From NCBI GenBank assembly GCA_965204375.1, contig OZ241986.1, positions 2,432,001 to 2,496,000 of the forward strand: a stretch of DNA of 64,000 nt, read 5' to 3'. This DNA comes from Candidatus Latescibacterota bacterium. GTDB lineage: Bacteria > Latescibacterota > UBA2968. The notes under the pieces were generated by a model. It was not told where the DNA came from, did not search any database, and saw nothing but the letters and a program-made list of their open reading frames with translations. The position numbers and the translations under genes were made by a program. Below, one piece after another: positions 11,601-18,974 of the stretch (position 1 is its first letter; each line of letters starts with the position of its first letter).

Positions 11601-12093
11601 TCATTTGCGAAGCGATAGCCGAGGCGGTCATTTTCTCTTTAAGATGAAGCCGACGTGCGAGACTCCGAGGTAATAGAAATTCCCGAGCGAAAACATCGGC
11701 CTGTAGTTCGCGTCGCTCCCGCGTACCATAGTCTTCGACACGTTGCAAACCAACGGGTACCGTCTCTGTTGAACGGGATGGGTCAATGTCACTCTCAGTA
11801 CAAGCCATCGAACCAGTGTGGGCATGTGCATGTCCAAGTTCATGAGCCACTAACAACGCACGTTTAATGACATCCTCTGTCTGTTCACAGCAGATTGTCC
11901 TGCTCTGTTCGTCAAACACAGCCCGGGCATTTTTAAGAGCTGGATCACCTGGTTCAAGCCAGAAGAGTTCAAGGTCGAGGTAAGCCACAGCAGCAGTAAT
12001 AAGTGCCGTAGTATCCAAAGGGTCTATCCCCCCTGAGATAATCTTATCGTGTAGATGTGCCGCGGACTTTCGAATTGGCTCAAATGCGTCCAT
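8647..12093 (-). CDS. Fusion of ImmA/IrrE Zn-metallopeptidase, UvrD/SF1A helicase and degenerate PD-(D/E)XK nuclease with Fe-S cysteines
   Basis: AHELGH...ELQADVFAREFLLP; helicase motifs AGPGTGKT, TFSNRAA, DEYQD, GDSRQSIYRFRGA, NYRS, TIHGSKGLEF and VALSRAR; CPRRFFY and CPRCPHFFVC at the C-terminus. Confidence 0.85.
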   Translation of the reverse strand: MDAFEPIRKSAAHLHDKIISGGIDPLDTTALITAAVAYLDLELFWLEPGDPALKNARAVFDEQSRTICCEQTEDVIKRALLVAHELGHAHAHTGSMACTESDIDPSRSTETVPVGLQRVEDYGTRERRELQADVFAREFLLPRSLARRLHLKEKMTASAIASQMNLPKALVRQQIFDACLLPTVEDETVEGETSTMASIQTLISDPSQDRAATHRNAPFLLQAGPGTGKTRTLVKRVESLIAEGIDPSALLVLTFSNRAAGELLERLMAIVPEAAERIWIGTFHAFGLDLIRRHHDRLGLSPDPILLDRSDAIEMLEDILPTLPLVHYRNFWDPTIVLRDVIPAISRAKDELADRFHYRKLAEAMRSSACDDEARIAAEKCLEIADIYDLYESVMSEQDAIDFGDLIMQPVLLLESDPAIKHAVQLRHRHLLVDEYQDVNRASARLLKAVAGDGKRLWVVGDSRQSIYRFRGASSTNMARFCDDYPGAVIDQLTTNYRSTEQIVASFVAVAPQMGASKSKDMLPLNLDADRGIGPGKPEVRCYNTPDDEVGGIAGSIRELECAGVPLRDQAVLCRSNRRLSEIATALEAYGIPSLHLGSLFEREEVRDLLALLSLAVDPFGDGLTRVGAMPRYGLSLQDAYTASRYLRESNQPALSGIETLAKAQGISPEGASALTRLAQDLSGLSTNLSAWEFLSTYLLDRTSLVREMAQATMVTDRIRSIAVWQFLNFIREQIPSGTGLLIQRTLERIRRLVLLAEERDLRQVPVAALRMNAVRLMTIHGSKGLEFEAVHVPGLTVSSLPTSYRGVRCPPPVGMIEGVDGFSVTKEAKLNHQNEEECLFFVALSRARTYLRLHLARRSVSGKNRSSSPFLDWLPDRTIDKIVHPVVLPRPANIQSPIPIQVEQSTEWHVTDSQLISYEKCPRRFFYTHILGLGSARKSTAYSQAHDCLYKLIQWVSERWREVKPTLAEAEATFDIIWSKHGPVAHTYADEYRRLALQLVGTLIRARTGWHSREAEPLAVDFPNGRVFVKPNEITDLPNKKVALYKVRPGHKRSNEYSRLDYILYMLAGQEHFGTDAVIRALHLVDGISDNVPISSTRLQNHRRKINEMLAEITQGWFPSNIDEFTCPRCPHFFVCAATPRGPLTLP

Positions 12094-12096
12094 AGA

Positions 12097-12750
12097 TTAG
12101 AACCTCAGAAGTTGATGCTTTTGTCCCTCGTTGAGAGCCGAACTCTGAATAGCCTCGACAAAGCTCTGTTGCTGGCTGCTCTCAGGCTTATTGTCAGCCT
12201 TGTAAAACTGATGACTAGCACTCACACTTGGTGCAGCAAAGTGGGCAGTTAATAGGTTAGGTGTAATCCCTAGTACATCTGCAAGGTACTGTAGAAAACT
12301 ACGTGGAATGGTATCCGGCTTGATTTGGCGATCTCGCAGCTTGATAACGAAAACAGTGTTCACGTCGATTCGATCCGCTAAAGCTCGAAAATCTACCTGG
12401 CTTAGTTCAGCGATGGGATTGGGAGCATCTGTAACTCCCAGCAAAGGAACGTGGTCACTTGGCGCCCTGGTCGCTTGGCGCACCGTGTGTAAACGATTCT
12501 GGAATCGACTTATTGCGCGCGAGACGGCGGGACTCACATAGTTTAGATCAATCTCCGCCTCCGCGTCGACTTCTAGCTCAGGTCGGAGAACGTCCATAGC
12601 GAGTTCAATAGCGAATTCCGTGAGTGAATCGGCATACTGAGGGAACCGCCGAACGAAATCGTCAAGAAGTTCTGCGTCGGGTACACTCTTCGCTAGCGAA
12701 AGATCATACAACACATCACGCAATGGTGCCCCGCTGGGGATCAGGGTCAA
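12097..12750 (-). CDS. Hypothetical protein, putative anti-sigma domain plus XRE-like HTH
   Basis: GGAGGAGG RBS and TTG start 2 nt after the sigma stop. Helical N-terminus (LLDDFVRRFPQYADSL) and HTH-like FRALADRIDVN...LQYLADVLGI. Confidence 0.55.
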   Translation of the reverse strand: MTLIPSGAPLRDVLYDLSLAKSVPDAELLDDFVRRFPQYADSLTEFAIELAMDVLRPELEVDAEAEIDLNYVSPAVSRAISRFQNRLHTVRQATRAPSDHVPLLGVTDAPNPIAELSQVDFRALADRIDVNTVFVIKLRDRQIKPDTIPRSFLQYLADVLGITPNLLTAHFAAPSVSASHQFYKADNKPESSQQQSFVEAIQSSALNEGQKHQLLRF

Positions 12751-12752
12751 GG

Positions 12753-13553
12753 TTATACCTCCTCCTTAAATATAGAAAGTTTTACTGCTGCCCTTGACAG
12801 GCGGTTACGAATAGTTCGGCCAGAGACTTTGCAGATAGTCGCTACTGTCACTTCATCGGGGTTCCGAGATTCAATCTTGTATCCCATTACATGGCAGAGT
12901 ATGACAGCCTCACGCTCGTCATCCGGCAAGGTATCAATCGCTTCGTAAATCTCTTTTAGTAGAGCAGCACTGTCGGTTTTCTCTGGACTCTGCAAGGCTT
13001 CTATGAGTCGGGCGGGAATTTCCTTATGGGTGTGAGACTCGGGCGCATCGGCTTGACTCGGAAGGGGTCTGAATCGCTTGAGACGAGTTCTTTCACTTCG
13101 GATCAGATCTTTGTAAAAAGCACGAAACGCCAGATTGAAACGACATTCGAAATAGTCAAGACGGTCACGATTTTCTTCCGTACCATCGGTGGCAAATAAC
13201 TCGCTGAACTGCCCAAGTACTTCTTCCCGGACATATGCCGCGTTTGAAAGTTCGTTATCCTGTATTTTGGCCAACAACATTTTTTCACATCGGGTGAGCA
13301 AAATAGGAAACACTGCATTTAATATAGCGTCGTCGTTATTTCGACAAGCATTCCGGATTAGATATACCAGACATTCAGAAAGTAAATAGTTGGGTAACTG
13401 AGCGTCAGTGACAGTGAGGCGGTGCTTAAGCGTTGCCAACTTCTGGGAAAGAATCTTATTGATCTGTGCCTCTACTCGCTCCGGACGGACGTATAAATTT
13501 CCGTCTGAATTTCTTTTCGTCAATGGGCGAGCCATTATCTTCTTTTTACGCAT
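12753..13553 (-). CDS. ECF-like sigma-70 family RNA polymerase sigma factor
   Basis: Region-4 signature IYEAIDTLPDDEREAVILCH...VATICKVSGRTIRNRLSRA and a region-2-like segment. Start moved to ATG 13553 (AAGGA RBS); ATG 13535 is an alternative. Confidence 0.75.
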   Translation of the reverse strand: MRKKKIMARPLTKRNSDGNLYVRPERVEAQINKILSQKLATLKHRLTVTDAQLPNYLLSECLVYLIRNACRNNDDAILNAVFPILLTRCEKMLLAKIQDNELSNAAYVREEVLGQFSELFATDGTEENRDRLDYFECRFNLAFRAFYKDLIRSERTRLKRFRPLPSQADAPESHTHKEIPARLIEALQSPEKTDSAALLKEIYEAIDTLPDDEREAVILCHVMGYKIESRNPDEVTVATICKVSGRTIRNRLSRAAVKLSIFKEEV

Positions 13554-13611
13554 ATCTTCCTTTCTTTTTTTATGCAACATCAGATAGCGAGTAGGGTTTC
13601 TTCCTACTCTT

Positions 13612-13643
13612 TTAATCGTATTGTAATGGAAAAGCCGGAAAGC
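13612..13643 (-). promoter_or_regulatory. Putative autoregulatory alternative-sigma promoter (GCTTTCCG-N17-CGATTAA)
   Basis: Same boxes and spacing as 8602-8633; 59 nt upstream of the sigma ATG. Confidence 0.7.
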
Positions 13644-13741
13644 GATCTTCACTATCGTTCATTATGATCGTCAACCTCTAATAAAAATCGCATAATAAAT
13701 GTTAGCCGATTAACCACTTGCGGCTAAAGGCTCTGTTGTGT

Positions 13742-13785
13742 TATCTTTACAAATAGAAGATACCAGATTATAATATTTTCGTCAA
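13742..13785. promoter_or_regulatory. Overlapping opposed sigma-70 promoters with a candidate XRE operator
   Basis: Plus strand TTTACA(13746)-N17-TATAAT(13769); minus strand TTGACG(13785)-N17-TATCTT(13762); inverted repeat TATCTT-N9-AAGATA at 13742-13762. Confidence 0.6.
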
Positions 13786-13809
13786 TCCCCTATTTCCGAA
13801 ATCGACAAC

Positions 13810-14181
13810 ATGAAAAGAAAAATTTCATCTAAACCATCTGAGGTCTTCAAGGACCGCCTTCGAGCGGCACGGGAAAATCTCCGTCAAATGACTCAGGTTG
13901 ATCTCGCCAGAGCAATCGGTCTGCCGCCAAGTTCCATTGCTCATTTCGAGAGTGGTAATAGAAAGCCCTCGTTTGATAATCTACACAAGATAGCCAACGC
14001 GCTAAACGTGACGACCGATTATCTCGTTGGTCGAGCGGATGATCCAAACACCACCGCGTCGGCCGATCCGATCTATCGGCACGTTGCGAATCTCACGGAT
14101 CAGAACCGCAGAACCGCCGAGGACTTTCTCCGTTTTCTCTCCGAACAAGACCGGAGACAACGCGAGGGCGATCATCAATGA
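13810..14181 (+). CDS. XRE-family HTH repressor (CapH/ImmR-like)
   Basis: MTQVDLARAIGLPPSSIAHFESGNRKPS HTH; C-terminal IYRHVANLT oligomerisation-like segment; ATGA overlap with the peptidase. Confidence 0.9.
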   Translation: MKRKISSKPSEVFKDRLRAARENLRQMTQVDLARAIGLPPSSIAHFESGNRKPSFDNLHKIANALNVTTDYLVGRADDPNTTASADPIYRHVANLTDQNRRTAEDFLRFLSEQDRRQREGDHQ

Positions 14182-15065
14182 GGAAAGTATCCAGCCATCG
14201 TCAAAAGTCGCTGGTGCGAAGAGCTGAACGGTTACTCCAAGACGAAAGCCTTTTGGAGTTGCCTGTTGACCTTGAAGCCCTGGCCCAGACCCGAGGGATA
14301 TTCGTTCAGGAAATGGAGTCGGACGAGGAAGGGGTATCGGGCATGCTCCTGCGCTATGGTGACACATTTGGGATCCTATATTCTACTCAAATTCCGAACA
14401 TAGGATTTCAGCAGTTCAGTATCGCCCACGAACTCGGTCACTACTTTATTGACGGCCATCTGGACCAAATTCCATTCGACGGTAATATGCACCGTTCACG
14501 GGCAGGTTTCGTCTCCAATAATTATTACGAACGCGAGGCCGACCACTTCGCCGCCGGTCTCTTGATGCCAATTACACCCGTTCGCAGGATTATTGACAGA
14601 TCTCCCGGCGGTTTTGGCAGCATCGAAGCTATTCAGCAGGAAACGAATGCCTCTCTTACAGCCGCAGCTATCCGCTATGTTGGAATGACAGACGAGGCTG
14701 TGGCCATCATTGTCAGTAGCGATGGAATCGTCGATTATTGTTTTATGTCCGAGACTATGAGGTCGTTAGAAGGAATAGAGTGGCTACATAAAGGTACGCT
14801 GGTCCCATCAGATACCACTACAGAGTCTATTTGGAATAAATCGGAAGAAGAGCAGCGCGAGGCTTATGCCGAAGACGACGTCGATATCACGGCTTGGTTT
14901 GGGGGCCACAGGTCAGTTGCAGCCTGGGAGGAAGTAATCGGACTCGGAACCTATGGACGAATACTAACAGTTCTGACCTGTCCTGATCTAATCGATGATG
15001 ACTATATGGACGAGGTCTCTGACGAGGCATTGGAGGAGAGTTGGACACCTCGGTTTCGGCGTTAA
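14178..15065 (+). CDS. ImmA/IrrE-family metallopeptidase (CapP-like)
   Basis: FSIAHELGHY, EREADHFAAGLLMP, SLTAAAIRY and a C-terminal GAF-like region. Confidence 0.9.
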   Translation: MRKVSSHRQKSLVRRAERLLQDESLLELPVDLEALAQTRGIFVQEMESDEEGVSGMLLRYGDTFGILYSTQIPNIGFQQFSIAHELGHYFIDGHLDQIPFDGNMHRSRAGFVSNNYYEREADHFAAGLLMPITPVRRIIDRSPGGFGSIEAIQQETNASLTAAAIRYVGMTDEAVAIIVSSDGIVDYCFMSETMRSLEGIEWLHKGTLVPSDTTTESIWNKSEEEQREAYAEDDVDITAWFGGHRSVAAWEEVIGLGTYGRILTVLTCPDLIDDDYMDEVSDEALEESWTPRFRR

Positions 15066-15162
15066 GCAACCGTTAGGCTATATCCATGCATACTGTAATG
15101 GAATTACTTGAATACATGCGTCGTGTAAAACAGTGGGTAAAGGAGTTTTAAAAATACTTCTT

Positions 15163-16590
15163 ATGGAAAAGTTTAAAAAAATAAAACAACTTTCAGAACT
15201 AAACTTTTCAAATAGAGGAGAATCATTTGTTGAGTCTAAGTTTTTGACGCCTCTATTAGATTGTTTAGGCTATGAGAGTCATAATGACTATGAGGTTCGC
15301 CGACACGGTGATACAGGAACATCTTTCAAACTTAATTATCCCCCAGTAGAGAAAGGAGCAAAAAAAGTAAAGTACTACAACCCAGATTATATGCCTACAA
15401 TCCGCAAGAAGATATTTTGGATTATAGAAGCAAAATCGCCTAAATTGGTGCCTTACCCTTTTGAGTATAAGTACATTGTGCAAGGACTTCAGTACTGTAT
15501 TCATCCCGAAATCCAAGCAAAATACCTTGTTCTGAGTAACGGTAAACACACCTGTATATATGATCCTCATTCAGCGATATTCTTTAATGAGAACATCTAT
15601 GAGCCAGTGTTTGAGTTTAGAAGTAATGAAGTTTATGAAAAATGGGAGGAAGTATATAATTTTTTAGGCGTTGAGAAGCTAAGATCAAAAATAGAAGACA
15701 GCCTAAAAAGTTATTATGAAAAACTGTGCCTATCTTCTCTTGATGAGGACTATCCTGAAAAAGTTGGAAAAAAAATAACTAGCGAGCAATCCGCACTAAA
15801 ACATCAAATACGGAACCACGTAGCAAAGCTATATGTTAAAATGACAGATGACGACTACTCCCGGCTTCAACATAAGTACGAAAACTTTTCATTAGCTAAT
15901 CTAGAGAATTATATGAAGAATCCTGTAACAAGAGGTAAAGAGCCATCCCAACATTATGTAGAAAAGTTGCTCAAAGAAAAGCCGCCTGATGAGATATTTT
16001 CTTTGCTTATTTCTAATTACAACGATTTCAGTTTTTTCCAAAAACAACACTCTATGGTTGCGGTCTGCCACTTGCATAATCTAATAGGTAATTCTCAATT
16101 GAAACAGACTATAAAGGCTTATGTCCTTCGCAAAATATCAGACAAGATTCCCATACTGAATAAAGCAGAAAGTGCCTTTCTAAGAGTGATTAGAAAACTA
16201 TTAATTATCGGAGAATATCCCAAAATAAGACAAGTGCTATCTGAGTATTTAAGGTCGCTTCCTGAAATAGATAGATTTGTCAATCCGCCAACGCCTCTAT
16301 ACTACACATATCCAATTGAGCTAATACTTCACGATCATTATTTTAAGATTCTTAAGAATATGACTTCAGAAGAGTTAGAGTTGTTAACCCAAAAACTGCT
16401 TAAAGAAGAAGCCGAAATTGAACAAGCCTTTACAGAAGCTTGGGAATCACTACCAGGTAATGAAAAAGAAATAAATGGTTTCGAGTCTTATGGATTGGGG
16501 GACAAAATGTATACACTTGGAAATATAGCTAAGAATTTTGGTATAATCTCACGAGAACACTTAGACTCTTTGCGAATTATTCGACACTAA
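15163..16590 (+). CDS. AT-rich hypothetical protein with an N-terminal HsdR_N-like PD-(D/E)XK nuclease domain
   Basis: PDY...IIEAK...QGLQY...VLSNG pattern followed by a long helical region. Start uncertain (15133 or 15163). Confidence 0.6.
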   Translation: MEKFKKIKQLSELNFSNRGESFVESKFLTPLLDCLGYESHNDYEVRRHGDTGTSFKLNYPPVEKGAKKVKYYNPDYMPTIRKKIFWIIEAKSPKLVPYPFEYKYIVQGLQYCIHPEIQAKYLVLSNGKHTCIYDPHSAIFFNENIYEPVFEFRSNEVYEKWEEVYNFLGVEKLRSKIEDSLKSYYEKLCLSSLDEDYPEKVGKKITSEQSALKHQIRNHVAKLYVKMTDDDYSRLQHKYENFSLANLENYMKNPVTRGKEPSQHYVEKLLKEKPPDEIFSLLISNYNDFSFFQKQHSMVAVCHLHNLIGNSQLKQTIKAYVLRKISDKIPILNKAESAFLRVIRKLLIIGEYPKIRQVLSEYLRSLPEIDRFVNPPTPLYYTYPIELILHDHYFKILKNMTSEELELLTQKLLKEEAEIEQAFTEAWESLPGNEKEINGFESYGLGDKMYTLGNIAKNFGIISREHLDSLRIIRH

Positions 16591-16742
16591 CAGTTGGGGA
16601 ACCTGTAGTCATTGCTTCTATTTTGTTATCTAGGGATGATAAGGTGTTGTAGATAATCAATGCCTCGCTGGAACAGGATCATGGCAGGAACGAAATCTCG
16701 CTTTTATATACACGGCTCAATCAGAGATAGAGGACGACAACC

Positions 16743-17291
16743 ATGGCTATCCCAAATCCTATCATCAAGTTTACCTACGAAGATTACCTGAACACGCCGG
16801 ACGACAAGCGTTACGAACTTTTGGACGGAGAGTTAGTTATGCCCCCTGCCCCAGGAGAATTTCATCAAAGTGTCTCTATCCAACTGGGGGCAAAACTGTT
16901 CCTATTCACATCTGAGCATAGCCTGGGCCGGATCTATCACGCGCCCTTCGACGTGGTGCTATCAGATATGGATGTGGTGCAGCCCGACCTGATCTTCGTC
17001 TCCAATGAACGTGCCGATATCATCACTCCTGCGAATATTCAAGGTGCACCAGACCTCGTCGTCGAAATTCTGTCTCCTTCCACAGCAACACGAGACAAGA
17101 CCTTCAAGCGTAGCCTGTATGCCAGGCACGGTATAACCGAGTACTGGATGGTCGATCTAACCGAAAAAAACATAACAATCCTGCGCCTTGGCGAGCGCGG
17201 ATTCGAGGTAGTCAATACCTATGGTGAAGGGGAAACATTGACTTCGCCCACATTGCAAGGATTCACTTTGAACCTCGACGACATATTTTAA
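16743..17291 (+). CDS. Uma2-family (DUF820) endonuclease
   Basis: RYELLDGEL, VQPDL, PDLVVEILSPST, K..LYA..GI.EYW.VD. Confidence 0.9.
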   Translation: MAIPNPIIKFTYEDYLNTPDDKRYELLDGELVMPPAPGEFHQSVSIQLGAKLFLFTSEHSLGRIYHAPFDVVLSDMDVVQPDLIFVSNERADIITPANIQGAPDLVVEILSPSTATRDKTFKRSLYARHGITEYWMVDLTEKNITILRLGERGFEVVNTYGEGETLTSPTLQGFTLNLDDIF

Positions 17292-17316
17292 GTGCTCGCA
17301 GCAGGGCCACCGAATT

Positions 17317-17757
17317 ATGACTATCAATACAACTCGCTGGGATTCAGCAGAGTACCTCAAAACGGAAGAAGATGTGCAGTTATACCTGGAAGCCTGCCTT
17401 GAAGAAGCAGGAGATGATCCCGTTTTTATAGCCCATGCATTGGGTGTAATTAATCGAGCCAAAAATATGAGCCAGTTCGAGAGCATCAAACAAGGATTAA
17501 CAGAAGCGATTGAACACGCGGCAGGCCGGGTAAGTGAGGCGGTTGTGCATTTTCCACCCACCCCTGATGTGAAATCCATACGGAAGCAAGTTGGGATGAC
17601 GCAAACGGCCTTTGCAGCCACGTTTGGCGTTAGTCTCAGTACGCTACGTCGCTGGGAGCGCGGTGACCGAACCCCTCAGGGACCCGCACGAGTGTTGCTA
17701 CATTTGGTCGCCCACGAACCTCAGGCGGTTTTGAGGGCGTTGGAGAAAGTGCGTTGA
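17317..17757 (+). CDS. Chimeric antitoxin: N-terminus of an HI1420-type addiction antidote fused at MSQ to a HigA/YiaG-like HTH
   Basis: WDSAEYLKTEED..YLEA...ALG is followed by FESIKQGLTEAI...MTQTAFA..FGVS.STLRRWERG.R.P.GPARVLL. Confidence 0.65.
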   Translation: MTINTTRWDSAEYLKTEEDVQLYLEACLEEAGDDPVFIAHALGVINRAKNMSQFESIKQGLTEAIEHAAGRVSEAVVHFPPTPDVKSIRKQVGMTQTAFAATFGVSLSTLRRWERGDRTPQGPARVLLHLVAHEPQAVLRALEKVR

Positions 17758-17924
17758 ACGACCGACCCGTATCGCGTCTCGTTCCCGGTCACGAGGAGAA
17801 ACCGAGCATGTTTGGCAGGGACCGGCATAAAATTCGCATCCTCGGCGACATTATTGAACCGATCGGCGTAACATGGGAGGCAGAAAAGGGGAAGTCGTGG
17901 AAGGAGGAAGATGATACTGCTTGA
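17757..17924 (+). pseudogene. C-terminal fragment of a Phd/YefM antitoxin
   Basis: Manual translation gives NDRPVSRLVP...MFG...ILGDIIEPIGVTWEA; the N-terminal half is missing. Confidence 0.6.
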
Positions 17925-18075
17925 TACCCATGTGCTACTGTGGCTAAGAACAGGGGACGCTCGACTGGGGCCAATGACTCGCCGAGTGATTGGTCGTGCA
18001 GAAAACGAAGGCGAAGTAGCGGTCTCCGCTGAACCTACCGTCTCTAACCGCCCGGCAGTGGAACGTTTTGGCTGA
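17911..18075 (+). pseudogene. vapC: Truncated VapC/PIN toxin
   Basis: AGGAGG RBS; MILLDTHVLLW...EVAVSA, then homology is lost (expected xSxWE absent); stops after 54 aa. Confidence 0.7.
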
Positions 18076-18128
18076 ATAGAAAGGCGTTGAGTTCGGGTTT
18101 GAGTAGATGTTTGCTTTGGATAAATTTC

Positions 18129-18160
18129 AATGGGGTCGCTCTCTGCAGAGCGACCCCATT
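18129..18160. terminator. Perfect 14-bp hairpin between convergent genes, possible bidirectional terminator
   Basis: AATGGGGTCGCTCT-ctgc-AGAGCGACCCCATT. Confidence 0.45.
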
Positions 18161-18234
18161 TCAAATCAAGTTACTCGGGCTTACTTACTATAGGGAGAAG
18201 AAAAAGTCGTTCTGATCCCACAAAATTGAGAATA

Positions 18235-18609
18235 TCAACCCGTGCCCGTATTGGCGAGCTCTTCTGGACTCTTACTCGTCCATTCAGGAGCATGGAGAAG
18301 GACCGGCGCACGGTCTTCCTCCGACCAAATGGGCATAGAAAGTCCCCAGTATAAAAAATGGATCCTATGCCCATTTTCTTCTATCTCGTTTTCGCGACCA
18401 TCTTTTGTGTAAACCACTACGATGTCACCCGTTTTTACTCTTTTATCGGGAAACCAATAGGTGTTGTACGCATGCGTGGTTAAGCCGCTGTCGTAAACCG
18501 TTTGGAGCAATATATATTCACCAATATCTGTATTGGCACGCACATTAAGGATCAGGCGTTCCTTTTTCAGATCCCCCTTATTTTCTAAGGAAAGAATAGC
18601 CAGTCTCAT
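18235..18609 (-). CDS. Hypothetical protein, lamin-tail-domain-like
   Basis: E...L......DIG.Y.L, Y.FP......GD.VVVYTK.G and LYWG...PIW pattern; GGTG RBS-like sequence. Confidence 0.45.
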   Translation of the reverse strand: MRLAILSLENKGDLKKERLILNVRANTDIGEYILLQTVYDSGLTTHAYNTYWFPDKRVKTGDIVVVYTKDGRENEIEENGHRIHFLYWGLSMPIWSEEDRAPVLLHAPEWTSKSPEELANTGTG

Positions 18610-18704
18610 GACTTCACCACCTTCTCACTTTAGCGGCAATACCGCCGAGAATCAATTCTCTTTCGGCACTAATTTTTAGGGCACTATGTAGCAGAGTGCC
18701 GGTC

Positions 18705-18974
18705 CTAAACAATTTCACTATTGACCAGGTGCTTGTAATAGCTTTCTTGAGACATGTTGCAAGAGGCAATCTCTTGATATTGCTGTTTCGTGATATGCAG
18801 TTGTTTACAAAATGATTTCAGAAGGCCGTGTCCAACATCTCCATTTCCGTGACTTACACCTGTTTTTACACGCTTTGTTTCTTTTGGAAATACCCATTTT
18901 TCATGTTTTTTCCCTCCATCGTGAACAAATCCGAGCTTTCTAAGAACCTTTCGTCTATGTTCTGCCAAAGTCAT
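18705..18974 (-). CDS. HicA-like toxin
   Basis: KVLRKLGF...GKKHEKW...VSHG...LLKSFCKQL; basic 89-aa protein; ATGA overlap with the upstream gene. Confidence 0.6.
   Translation of the reverse strand: MTLAEHRRKVLRKLGFVHDGGKKHEKWVFPKETKRVKTGVSHGNGDVGHGLLKSFCKQLHITKQQYQEIASCNMSQESYYKHLVNSEIV

Noticed and set aside
13554-13652. Longer sigma-factor start in the ORF track
   Set aside because: Runs through the predicted promoter motif; a good RBS precedes ATG 13553.
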